Shown: in pieces, positions 38,201-50,229 of the stretch
Position numbering within the stretch: position 1 is the first letter of the stretch
Layout of the letters: each line of letters opens with the position of its first letter
From: Macrostomum hystrix
Taxonomy: Eukaryota > Animalia > Platyhelminthes
Reading direction: 5' to 3'
Length of the DNA stretch: 64,000 bases
NCBI GenBank assembly: GCA_950097015.1
Contig: CATNEN010000012.1
Coordinates: 124,001 to 188,000 of the forward strand
Notes under the pieces: generated by a model
Told to the model about the DNA's origin: nothing
What the model saw: the letters and a program-made list of their open reading frames with translations, nothing else
Databases searched by the model: none
Position numbers and translations under genes: made by a program

Positions 38201-39870
38201 AAAGCCGTAGTTTCCGCCACCGACAGCTCCGTTGCCGCCGACGCCACTGCTGCCACCGCCGATGCTGAAAGCTCCAGCGGCAGCATAAAAGGACGGCTCA
38301 GTGTCACCATCCTCAGTTCGACATGGTGTCGATGGCAGGTCTGATGCGGCAGATGAGCAAGCCGAAGGGCTGGTGTAACAGTGCAGCAGGTAGTCGCTGT
38401 CGAAACTGCTGCTCATGCTCATCACGTTGTGCGCGTGCTGCAAGTCCGAATTGCTGCACTCCTGTGGAAACTGCGGACAGGCGATGTTTAGGTACTGTGC
38501 CTTCACACCGTTAGTACCGATGCTGCAGGCACCATTTGCGACGCCCTCGTGAGCGTCTGCGGCAGCGGCGGCGGAGGTACCTACTGCCGATGCGGCCTTG
38601 GTCTCGCGCAGCAACTTTGTAAAGAGGCCACGGATATTGGCAAACAGGTTCGCCGCCGGAGGCGAGGCGACTGCCGCTGATGCCGCCGCTGCGGAGGCGG
38701 CGGCTGCTCCGGCCACCCCAGAAGAACCGCTGTTGGATTCGGCAGACGCCGCTGCAACAGCTGCAGCGGCTGCAGCGGCGGCCGATTTACGCATTTCGCG
38801 ACGTGCGCGCGAGGTCGAGCCGATGGAGGACTTGCGGCTCTTGCGAGACCGACAACTGGCCGCTGAGGACGAGATCAACGAGCAGCTGTCGCATTCGCAG
38901 TCGTCGCCGCAGTCGACGCAGACGCCGCTGCTGCCACCGCCACCACCGCTGCGTCGCGAAAGGCGCAGCCTCGGCTGAGGATAGAAAGGAGTCATCTCAG
39001 TGGTCTCCACGGCGTTGCTGTGCACAATGTCGTACTCAGATTCGTCTGTAGAAATTTTTGTTTAGTTTTTTAAGGAACCTTTCAATTGTTTTAACTTTGT
39101 CGATTCAAACAGCGCCTACCAAAGTGAAACTCGGCCACTCGCTGCGACTGGATCTGCGGCTGCGGCTGCGGCGCGAGCGCCAGCGTCACTGGCTGCCTGC
39201 GGTGCCCCCCAATGTGAGGCGGTCGGCGCACTGGACTGTCCGCTGATCTCTCCGACTGATACGAAGAGGACGAGGGCCGGCTGGTCGATGTACCCGTTGA
39301 GTCCAGAGGCATCCGGCTGCGCAGGCTGCCGGCTGAGGCTTCAGAGGCGCTGCGGGAGTGAAGAAATTGGCGAGCCGTCAGTGTGGGAGACTTCAGAACT
39401 CAAATATATATTAGTTCTGTCGGCTCCAAAGTAATGTGTCGACCCCAGCAGGAATTTGACACTTGGTGAGGCCTCGGCGATGGTGGGAGTTGGACCCAGG
39501 AAATTGAGGCCGCGAGTCCGACTGTCAACTTTTGTCCTTGCCGCCGACAAGCGGCTTCCATCCGCCACAAAAGGAAATGAAATCATAAATAAAAATCTCC
39601 CACTTGTTGCTATAGAGATTCGGGGGTTCGAAGTTCGAATCTTAGCCCAAGGGAAATAATTAATATGTGTCCCTGCAGAGCAAGAAGCTCAATTCTGGGG
39701 GTAGTCCACGGACTACGATAATCTGTTTTCAAAAGTACATCGCTACGTTGAAACGTCGACTTGGATGCTTCGAATATAAGCAAAACTTACGTGTCTCTGA
39801 AGATGCTGTCATCCGGACCGTAGCAGTGCCTGCTGCTTCTCTGCTGCGCACCTGGCTGCTGAGTCATCAT
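32295..39870 (-). CDS. KSR: KSR/RAF-family (TKL) pseudokinase, ~816 aa
   Basis: Exons (minus) 39870-39791, 39349-39120, 39045-37960, 37705-37678, 37571-37531, 37493-37427, 36695-36603, 36362-35961, 33578-33447, 33113-32984, 32555-32475, 32375-32295, all phase-compatible. Kinase fold: FNIPYEGI..GQWHGDVTI, LVRHENIFLFMGASMDPP..AVVT, IIRDLAQAAGYLHAK, WYTPPEIL, SDVFAF, CWCHDPLYRPEF; matches the KSR pattern WDIPFEQL..GRWHGEVAI..RHENVVLFMGACM. Confidence 0.83.
32637..32935 (+). mobile_element. tRNA-derived SINE, copy 4 (internal deletion)
   Basis: Shared head and GGGGCGCAGCCGCGGAGAGAAGGCTTGGGGGC body. Confidence 0.85.
33197..33371. repeat. Minisatellite, 17-bp unit TCCAGCCACCTCACTCC
   Basis: About 10 copies, in the kinase intron between exons ending 33447 and starting 33113. 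Confidence 0.93.
34436..35530 (+). CDS. SGMS: Sphingomyelin synthase family protein (364 aa), intronless, no SAM domain
   Basis: Single ORF with the four SMS motifs: PLPD, RRAFFMLAIVFVYRSVTIAVT, CGDSIFSGHT, HYTVDLVIGY; about six hydrophobic segments. Confidence 0.93.
   Translation: MDHQRLETPRRRFEYPNSSYSHSQHKQQLQQGGDGEIIACSPKISGAAVASTPLADAVLNIDQNGDCMEGGLPGIAIIPNDWWKTLLALICTASGMLLMAISLSYVHDYVPQRTPLPDITLKMLPRIDWAINACEALLLMNIGIALVICLAHRYRWVLLRRAFFMLAIVFVYRSVTIAVTVMPDPDSRRFCEPRSNRSHSFSEIADRVTRIAMGGGFSVSNTHSICGDSIFSGHTASLTLSYLTIKEYTPASASPLHWISLVSCLLSFLFLIVSHAHYTVDLVIGYWLASRLFLMLHALAACPPSMRPSSPLAGVWWFSAFQFFEGNTPAKLPCEFRLPGPYSCCQRAYKRLDSFRMRLRGFMN
35655..35808. repeat. Minisatellite, 18-bp unit CCGTTTGAGTACATTTTG
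   Basis: About 8 copies just downstream of the SMS stop. Confidence 0.94.
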
Positions 39871-42800
39871 GGTGACAGCTGACTGTTACCACTCCGACAG
39901 CCTATAATTAGTGCCTTATGCGACGGTTATCGAGGGTGTGACGGGTGTAGGGGCTAAAAATAGGGCAACGACGACAGAGCACTGAGCAGACGGTGTCTCT
40001 AAGGCATTGGCACAGACAATAGTATATGCTTGCTCAGCGTGGGAAACTAATACGAGTAAGTTGTCTGGCCTTCGTCTTCTGACTCTGGCCCCACTTTGCA
40101 ACCGTCTCCCTGGATTTTATATAAGCGACTGGAGCCGAATAGCTCATTGGCTGAGTTCATTATTTTAGCGCAACGCAACTGCAGGACAGACATTTTCGGT
40201 ACACCCCCAACTGGCTGTTCGGCTACTCTGAACTCTGCTCAATTCCTTCTAGCTTCGCATTGTTGCAGTGTTGCGCAGCTCGCACTACGGAGAGTGGGCC
40301 TGGATCAGAAGGGGTGGAGTAGCTGGGACGGACGCGCACATGCTGACCGATTGTTGCTGTCCTGCTCCAAGTCGATTCTCCCTTTCTCTGGTCTGAATTA
40401 TTTCCTTCTCCCAATTCCCTTAGCTCCTTTGAAGGCTCAACTGCCAGAGCTGCGTGCGCTGCAACAAAAAACTGGACCCCAGTGATTTTCCCCAGCCAGT
40501 ATAACAACTCTCTCCCAAGAAGCCGTTCGATCCCATTCCCTCCCACACGGGTGGTGGAGAAATGGCATAGACTTCAGAGTCGTGACGACAGCACTCGCCA
40601 ATCAATAAGCACTGGCCGTCAATGCATTCTTATTAGCTTTTTCCATTTAATTCTCCCTTTCAATCATGAATTTATTCGCTTCCTGTTGTGCCTTACGCAA
40701 GTCCGCTAGGCGATCCTCGCGTTTAACTAATTCTCTCTCTTATTATCTCAATCCAATTTATGAAAGGATCCGCGAGACATACGTACACTGCACCCATGTG
40801 GACTAAGAGAAAGAGAGAGTGAACATTTTTGGCAGTGTTGGGCGCGTTACTCGTTACTATTTACTCGTAGTTACCAATTTACAATACATAATATGGCTGA
40901 TAAACAAAGCTGCACGTGTTATTATTATTATTATTCTGACGTCAAAAAAACAGCACTACAGCATATTCATGGTCAAAAAGTTATAAACTTCTAGTACATA
41001 TTAAAAGTAACTATAATCGCTGCAAAAAATTTGTTACCTGATTTTTTAGTTATCAAATGGTCAGTATATCGATCGTTGCCGCCATTGCCGTTACTTTTTT
41101 AGTAACGCTAACACAAAATTTTGCAGGGATCCAGACAGCGCAGTTTGAGAAATGCCTCCGGCCACATACGGCCCCTTCCAACTCGTACCCTACTACTCGT
41201 ATCTCATCACTTTCTCACCAATCACTGCAAACCACTGTCATATTTTAGAGTTCTGTGGTGTACTATACTCACTTCTACAGTTTAAAATCTATCAAACGTG
41301 AAATAGGACATCTTTATCTTTATTTTTACTACTTCTGTAGTTGATTTCATAAAATAACTTCAGTGTCCCCATTTTTATAGGCAAGCTGCTTCGCAAGCTA
41401 GCTTTGTATTGTTGAATAGTCCGTTAAGTGGTTTAGCTGTACTTTGCTGACTTTATATGCATTAAACTTTCAAAAGTCTCAAAATTTTCAATCGAGAATT
41501 CTAAGCCAAGCACTTGCTTGACGAAACTGTACAGTTTGACTGTGCATGTACTACTATGTAACTGTATGTAGGAACTGTTAAGAGAACGGGAATTATAACC
41601 AACACTTTATACGAATCTGCAGTTATACTTTCTTAGCTTCGCAACATAATCGGATTCCATTCCAGTATATAGCTTCCCTGCGAATTTGCTCCTGCAAAGT
41701 TAAATTAATCCTAACAGGATAAGTCTCAGAGCTAAATGTACAGTTTATTTGGCAAAAGCCATCGATTCAGAGCAGACCAAATCAGTACTGCAAGGATTTC
41801 TACATGTACATGTAGTACCAGTACCAGCACAAAGCAGCATTGATTTGGTATACGAGCTAATAGAAGTTTTTCATGAAAAATCCTAATGTTTTTCTTTTTT
41901 TTATGTGCGCGCTCAAAATAGTTGCTGATTTATTATTATTTTTTAATAGAAACTACGAGTAACAACGAATCGAAAAGGAGTAAAAACGAAAGCAAAAAAC
42001 TAAAAGCAAAATGTTTTCCATGGCGAAAAATGAACAAAAGTAGTTAAATATTGAACTAGTTCTTAAGAATATATCATATTAACTGAAGTTGTCAACATTA
42101 TTTGGTATTGTCAATTGTGCCACTGTTTTATTGCTTATATCGCATAAATTGTATTATCATGACGTCATTCTAAAGAGAAGCATAAATCTAGTCAGGGCAG
42201 CTGTGTGCTTTCTTTAATTTGATATAGTCTTTTTATGAACAATGTCAGTTCAGTTCTTTACTTTCTTGTACCATTAGGTATATGCTTTTGTCATCTTCAG
42301 TTAGGTTTCCAAAGTTTGGCGCCGATATTTCTTGTAAAGTTATGTACATCCATATGTGGTTTGTGAAGGATATACACACATTAATTTACATACGTCTCCC
42401 TTGCGGAGAATCCTGAGGTAAGCTTCTAAGTAACTGCTAATTAAACTAACAGCAACTCAACAAAAAAGGGCGACGCTTCCCTGGCGATGTTTATATTACT
42501 CGTATTAACTCGACTAATTTGAGACAACCTGCGCCTAGTGCACAAATAATCCCAGTGTTGACTTCACAATAAATAGAAAGTATTTAGTTCAAAAATGTTT
42601 TCAACTTATAAATATTAGGCTGATCTCAACCCGATAAACCCGTGGCCTTTTGTGTGCCGAAAAACAATATAGACGCGGCAGGTTGCACTGAGGGCAGAAG
42701 TTCAACAGTGTTGTATATAGCAAGTGCCAGTGATCACAAGTCTTGACAATAAATACTTTTGTTGCTGCCAAACGAAAATGGAATTAGTTTGTGCAACTAC

Positions 42801-44591
42801 TGCATGCACATGCACTTCTGATGACGCTAATGGGCAGTTAGTAGCTAAACACAGTGTGTTGCTTAGCGGAGTGCCTGATCGCTAGCATAACAAGAGAGAA
42901 AAAACTCACATTTTAAAGTCGTTTTTATTTACTTTTGCATGATTTGCATGCTTTACATGCATCAATTAAACATACAGCTAGTTGCTTGCCGTTTGAACTT
43001 TTATAATCGTCAAATTAAAACATTCTGTTAAAATAAAAAATGCCACCAGTATTCGTAAATTCCCAGACAATAAATTTGTCTAGTAACCATCTGAAACATC
43101 ATAAAAACACATGACTTAAAAGGCTTTTAAATAATTTAATAGAGAAAATTTGCTCTAAATTTGAAGAGTAAACTGGGCGCGCTTTTAATTGAAAATAAAG
43201 CAAATGCCAACAAAGAAAAAAAAACAAAAAAAATCACTGAATTATTTAACAATATTCAAACCTGAGATGTCTAGGCCTACTGCAAGTAATATGCGAAAAA
43301 AGTAATTACTAAATGGAGTGGAATAAACCTGTAGTTCAGAAATAATTGCATCAATTAAGAAAATTGCAACTGGAAACTATCGAATGTCAATATGATGATA
43401 TGAATTAACAAGCCTCCTTTTGAACAGACAGTCAAATCTTCATCAGTAAACCGGATATTGTTAACTTCAGATATGAAAAAATGGGGAGATAGAGGCGAGA
43501 AAAGAGATTAAACAAACATGTGTTTATTAACTTGTCCATCATAGCCGAAGCTCAGACTCAGTTTCAGATCAAATCTAATTGGCAGCCTCAAGTAAATTGG
43601 GAGCCAAATTTAGAATCAGATAAGATCAAAGTTCTGCATTCTCTAACTCGCCCAGTCACATCAGAGCTGCTATTATAAAATTTATTGCAACTGGCTCAGT
43701 TACCACTGAAGCTGTTGAAACAACAGCCAGAGGGAGCCTTTAGCATGTTAAAGATAATTAGCAATATATCATCATATGTGACTATTGAATATTTAAGGCT
43801 AATTTTGAAGCAAATATGCTTACTTAACTTACCACTTAATTAGAAAAGCTGCATAAACACATGGCCATTAGCATATTGATGATTGTCATTGTTCAGTAAC
43901 AAATTCTGCAATTATTATTGTTTAAGTTAGGATTCATGTACAATTCAAAAAGTAAGTTATTGCATTTACCATATAAATAGCTATACATAGTAAAAATATA
44001 AAAATTATAAACAAAATTATATTTAATTTGAGCAGAACTCAGTCAATAATATCACAAAATTATATTAGAAAAATAATTGGGTTTGAATAAGTATTGAAAT
44101 TAACAGCTAAAAAATTGCTAGTGTGTATGATGAAGAAAAAAGTCTAGTCTAGGAATATTGAGTATCATAAAGCCCTATAGGATTGTTAAAAATGTAAAAC
44201 TATAAATTTTAATACCATATGCAAATTGTGGGATGGGTTTTATATAGTCTGTTCACTATTGGTGGTATAAAGATAGACAGGATGAATAAAGATGGATGAA
44301 CAAAACTCTTCTTTAAACTGCAAAAATATAAATTCTTAATTCCCTACTATTAATTAATTAAACTCAAGCTTTCAATGCTACATGCATGTTGTGTAGTGGC
44401 AGGGAAGGGTTTCACCCTAAACAAGGTAAGTTCCTGGAAAGGCTTGAACTCTCATTGGCTGCCATCTCCTAGGTTCACTATTCTGATAATAATCTAAATT
44501 GGCATTACTTTTTTGTGATCTTATCCTTTTACAACTTGTGTTTGTAACTTTTTTGCTTTGTAAAAGCTTTGCTTTGTACTCTGTTTTGCTT

Positions 44592-45288
44592 TATATATGG
44601 GCAGAGCTTATTCCCATGGTCCCATGCGGATAATTTCAATTTTATCGACATGGATCAGTGCCGATAATTTTCTGCTTATCCACACAGCAGCTTGTATGAA
44701 TAGGTCTAAAACTCTTTATATAAATATGCTGTGTTGTTAATTTCCATTTTATTCACACGTTCTGTTCTTTGAAACAAGGACCTTTTGGGTTTGAATGTTT
44801 TGTTGAACCCTTGAGCCAATAGATTGACTAAGTTGAAAGTTGCCAGTGTGTTACAACAGTATTTTACATTTTGACCTACACATTCATTAAATGACATTAA
44901 TGTCATCCTTTTTAATTATTGCAAAAACAACTTACTAAATCTTTTGTCATCATTACGTGTTTTCATTCGAATTGTATTGACTTAAAAAGTAAGAAGTCTA
45001 TCAAAGAAAATCATACAAGTCAACCAGCAGAATTCTAGTCAGCACCAAACTCGTCACACATATTATACATCATTGTTATTATTTTACACTATGCATTGAT
45101 AGTGTACACTATACACTATACTCTGAAGCAAAAGCCTTAATGCTCAGAGAAGAATAGGTAAGGACTTGAAAGTAGACCTATTCATACAAGCTGCCATGTG
45201 GATAAGCATAAAATTATCGGCACGGATCCGTGTAGATAAAATTGAAATTATTGGCACGGGACCATAGGAATAAGCACTTCCTTATATA
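44592..45288. mobile_element. MITE-like/foldback element, ~700 bp, with ~118-bp imperfect terminal inverted repeats flanked by TA-rich ends
   Basis: 44592-44708 (TATATATGGGCAGAGCTTATTCCCATGG...CTTGTATGAATAGGTCTA) is the reverse complement of ~45175-45288 (TAGACCTATTCATACAAG...GGAATAAGCACTTCCTTATATA); no ORF inside. Confidence 0.8.
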
Positions 45289-47954
45289 TGACATATTTAG
45301 TGAGCAGAAATCTTTTATTGAGAAAAAAACTGAATACTCTTAGTAATTTATGAGCATTATATATTAGGCCTATAGATTTTTGCTAGGTAAAGTCAGTTGT
45401 ACCTAGCCTATAATAAAGTAGAGAGCAAACATATCTTATTGAATTTCTCTAAGTTATATATATCCTTTATTTAAAAACATGTTTCTTAGGACACACAGGT
45501 TTTTTATGCAAATTGGGTGCAACTTGCATCTTAATATCCTGATATACACCTAAATTTTGGGAATCAGATACAAATCTTATACTTACTTTTTTCTGAGGTG
45601 AGAATGTGAGATGCAAATGCAAATTGCAAAATTTTATCAATAAATATTATAAATTGCACTTGTAGAATATGAAAAAATCTCATTTCATTATGTCAATATG
45701 TCATTCAGTAGTATATTTAGTTTATATAAAATACCATATGTTAAATGGCATGTTAGTTACTTTTACAATCAAAGTAATGAATAAAAAATTCTAAAACTAT
45801 AATTTGCTATATTTCAACTCTTTCTTTTCATCTTCTAAAGTAGGGACCTAGTTTAAATGCATTAGATGGTTTAGACCTATTGTATATATTGGTTAAAAAT
45901 AGTAAATAAATTTGTCTGAACAATAGGAGTTTGGTTGGTGATTAGAGATGCGACCACATTTCAATACAGTTTAACATGCAGAATGACATTCAGTTTAACA
46001 TGTGTCAAAAGTCATATATATGCACATATCCACATAAGAGTAATGCCCTAGATTAGGCCTACAAAAGTTATGAGGAGTTGCATGAAGTTTTTATTACCAT
46101 TATGGATACAGATACAGGGAGGCTATGGGAAAATATTGGAGATATGGATACAGATATAGTCAACAGGAAAAAATTGGTTACAGTTAAAGCATAACTCTAT
46201 TTTTGTATATAATTTTTTGCTCAAGTTAATGACAAATATAGTCCATCAGTTTTTTATATTTCAAATTAAGCAAAATGTCAAGAATTAAAATTAAAAAAGA
46301 ATTGCACAGAAAAAAGGCCTCTCACATAGCATTAGGCCTACTCAGATTATCATGATAGACCATGGGAAATGGTCTGATGGCAGTATTGGTAAGTGTCAAG
46401 CAGGAATGGATAGCGTTAAGAATGACATTTTTTGCTCTGCTCACAGTTTTTAGATCATTTTTATCTGCTTCGATTTTTGGTTCAAAAGCAAATGGTAAAA
46501 TAACTATTGCTAAATGCTAATGCTAAACGCTTCTCTCTTGCCCTGTATATATTTCATATTGAAATTTTGAAACGATCGAAGGACTTCATTCTTCTTTCGG
46601 ACTGGATCGTAAGTAAAAACTCGACCATTTAAATTTTCATAGTTCAAGTCACAACAAAAGAAATAAACAATCTTTTTGCATTACTGGTAAAACGGCACTT
46701 TAGCTCACAAACTTATTCAAAAATAAAATACAGTATGAATATTAAAAAATGACAGTATAACTTCCCAGAATTAAGAAAAATTTAAGTTAAAAAGTCATGG
46801 CTTGAGTCTGTTAGTTCAACCGTTGAATGAATGTGTCTAAATGTAAAAAAACACAAATGAACAGTAGTATTATAACCAAGTAACTGATGGGAAGGGCATG
46901 ATCTGTGCATTTAGTTTTTTTAATGGCTAGTAAATATTATATTATAGAGTTACGACCTCTGTAGCTTTTGTTTTGTCAGATAAAAAGGTTCTCGTTTTTC
47001 CTTGGTCATCAAACTAAAAATCTTTATGGTTTGAATGTTCAGATTCAGAAGTACAATAACATTTTACTACAACTGTTTGTTTCTATATTCCCTAATGAAA
47101 CTGAATATATATTTGGTTATCTTTAATTATTTCACAGCATTAAAAGCATAAAGTAAGTTTTTTCTCTAAATCAATTATGAATTAGATCAAGTACTTCTGT
47201 GCAATCTAATGTAATCTAATATTTTGAATTGTCAAAGACTCAAATCCCAATTCAGCTTAAGTTATTACTTTTAACCCTTTAGAGTGTAATAGTCAATTGT
47301 CTACCCATTCTACCACTAGTTTGTTTGTAAACAGAATGGTTGGTCCTAACCAATTTGTCTGTTAGCCAGCTAATATAATATAAATTATAGGCTATTGCCT
47401 GTACTATAGCCCCTTTTGTAGCCTATCCCTTTGTAGCATTGCCTAATGATAGAACTAAACCAATTTGTCTGTTTGCCAAAAAATCTCTCAAATAAAAAAT
47501 GTAAATATTAAGAACCCAACACTAGGCCCCCTAATCCCCACTAGGCCCTAACAAATATAATATCAGTTCTAGAGGTAGGGCAGCAAGGCCAAAATAATTT
47601 TTATCTGAATCAAAGACTTTTTAAGCCATGACAACAGTTTAGCAATTGAAGGATTTGATAGAAAGGCAAAACTATAGCATAGTATCAAAGTATTTTATTT
47701 ATATTTATATTCTACTTGTGCAACACCCAGCCAACCTGGCCAAACCGGCTGGGTAAAACAAGGGCCAAGCAAGGTAAGTCGCAAAAACCAATTGACCAAG
47801 CGCAAAAAAATCAAAGGGGGGGACCAAGGGACAAAAAATGAAGGCGTGAAGAAAAGGAAAGAGGGGACAGAAAAAGAGAGCAAACTAAGTCGTAAATAGA
47901 GCAAAAACTAAGTTGCACGGCCAGCTAAGATTTGGGAGGTTGCACATGTATGCT

Positions 47955-48295
47955 TGTGGTAGCAAAGTGGTTAGCACATTTGCCTCTTGCACCACTGTCC
48001 CTAAGTTCAATTACACAGTGAGGCCACATTTATTTGGGGCACCCCCAAGAAAGAGAGAAGGCTTGGGGGCTTGTCATGCAATTTATGCCCTTGAGGGCCA
48101 ATCTCCATGGCACTTTGAAGTGTTAATTGCCTGATAATGAGAAAGTCAAGGCATGTACTCAATCTGTGAGAGTATGTGCCTATATATAATAATATTTGTG
48201 TCTGTGTGTGCTCAGGAGTCAGCAAAATGGGCAAAATTGCCTGCAGCCCTTCTGTAAATTACTATTACTTTTATTATTATTACTATTATTACTAG
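47955..48295 (+). mobile_element. tRNA-derived SINE, copy 5 (CpG-decayed)
   Basis: Colinear with copy 1 including the ATT tail, but contains no CpG. Confidence 0.82.
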
Positions 48296-49308
48296 GGCAG
48301 TTGTCTATGGTCTAGTTATTTCTCAATTTTTGCACTTTTGTAATAAATGACTTGTTTGTACTTGCAATCAATTTATTGACACCCAAAATGAATAATTCCA
48401 AATTGAAATCTAGAAGAACAAATCAAAACAATTTATTTATTATTTGATTATGGTGATAACAACATTACAAAATGATTGTCCAGTTTTTTGACATGTAAAA
48501 ATTTAATTTAGTCATTGTCTACAAGGGAGATAACCATTTGAATTAGTTTTCCTGACACACCTAAGATTCTAGTGCCTAGAGGGAAGTCTTGATTATTGCT
48601 TTGGTGGGCTTAGCAACAACTGTTTCTTCTGAAGTCATGCAGCTATGATGTACTCCATCTTCACCTTATCCATTAAGAATGGCACTAAGCTGCTTCCAAC
48701 ATGTAATTGATGGAGATATGTAGCACTCCAGCACCTTTTGACTTGAATGCCATATAACTTCAGCAGTATTGCCACAATCTTGGCACACTTTGTACGTTAT
48801 AAAGAACTTTACCCCCTGATCCAGCCAGAAAATGTCAGCAATGATATAATTAAGTGCTGCAGCATTTGAACAATAGCCTATAGACTACATACTGTGAGGA
48901 TTCAGTTTCAAGAGCTTTGAATCAGCATTTGTTATTTTTTTAATACTGCTGAACATTTGAATATGTTTTTGAATATGCTTTATTTTTACACTTAACTTAA
49001 CATCGCAGATTAGTATTGTCAAGGATAATAAATAGGCTGCAGTAATTTTTACTAACTTTACTTGCATCTTAGAAGTAATCATACATGTGATATTTTTTAC
49101 CCATAAATGCCATAAATTCAAAGTTATGGTCTGCATTGGATTAGGCAAAGGAAATTTAAAGCAGTGGCAACATATAGTTAAAATTAAGAACTACATGATC
49201 ATTAAAATTCTTGTTGCCTTATTAAGTTATTTTTCTTTAAGAATTCTCATTGGTTCTGATAACAATTTTTACAGATAGGCTCCTCTTGAAAATTTGTTCC
49301 ATTGCCCA

Positions 49309-50229
49309 ATGCAGTCTGCACAGAGACTACTATGGGGCGGCGCCTTTTCTGTCCAGTTGCCTAGCAACTGCATCGACGCCAGCCAGCTTCGTCAAGTTCC
49401 AGACAATCAAGAAGTGTTCCTTCACCCGCGCCACGATCAGAGCCTCACACTGGAGCTGCTGGATCAGCTTACCGATGCAGACACAGTGGAGGCAGCAGCG
49501 CGAGAGTTTTTCAACGACCTGGCAGAGGCGAATAGCGCCAGCGGCAGCGGCTGTCGTGTTGTCGATTGCCGTCTGCTAACTGACGACACCTGGCCACTTG
49601 GCCAGTTCGCCTATCTTATTGGTGAACAACTCGTGGCCAAGTATAACGAGCAGGGACGCAATGTAGTTCAGGTAGCTAAATTCATTTCAGAGGTTTGCTA
49701 CATGCGGGATTATATATACGAGTCTCGTACAGAAGCGAGTAGACTCACTGAGCAAACGACTCAAACCTGAGCCCTTGAATTAAAACAAAAATAGAGCTTC
49801 AATTCTTAAAATATAATTCTTACAAATGATTCGTAGTTGCTGCCATTCGAGCTAATTGTCCTCGCATGGAGGTGGAAGAAGACTAGGGACGAGATTAAAT
49901 ACTCGATTTGATTTGACTTGCTGATTGCTGCCGCAGCGCATCATATGATGGGAAATACGAGTACATTATCGCGAACTTAAAGTAAGCAGAAGGGCGACGT
50001 TTTTGAGCAGGCATTTCCAATCTTTTGTTTGCAGATGCACATTCTGTTACACAGACTCGCTGAGCACAACTGCGACCTGGCCGTTACGTTGAACCATCCA
50101 ATCAGCGTCTCTCCGAAGTCGTCGAGCTCCGCCTTGTTAGATTCCGAGTCAGCTTGGCCGCCTAATTGTATTGTTGCTATGGTGACGGAATCGTTGCAAT
50201 TGTTGGATGTCACTATATTTGATGCCTAG
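49309..50229 (+). CDS. RANGRF: Ran guanine nucleotide release factor MOG1 (~185 aa)
   Basis: Exons 49309-49671 and 50035-50229 (phase 0). LWGGAFSVQLP, DASQLRQVPDNQEVF, DQSLTLELL, FFNDLAEAN, QLVAKYNE, RLAEHNCDLAVTLNHP are Mog1 family motifs. Confidence 0.92.

Noticed and set aside
48590-48870. LHDFRR peptide on the minus strand, suggestive of a tyrosine recombinase box
   Set aside because: Surrounded by stops in that frame, with no other recombinase motifs; compatible with chance.
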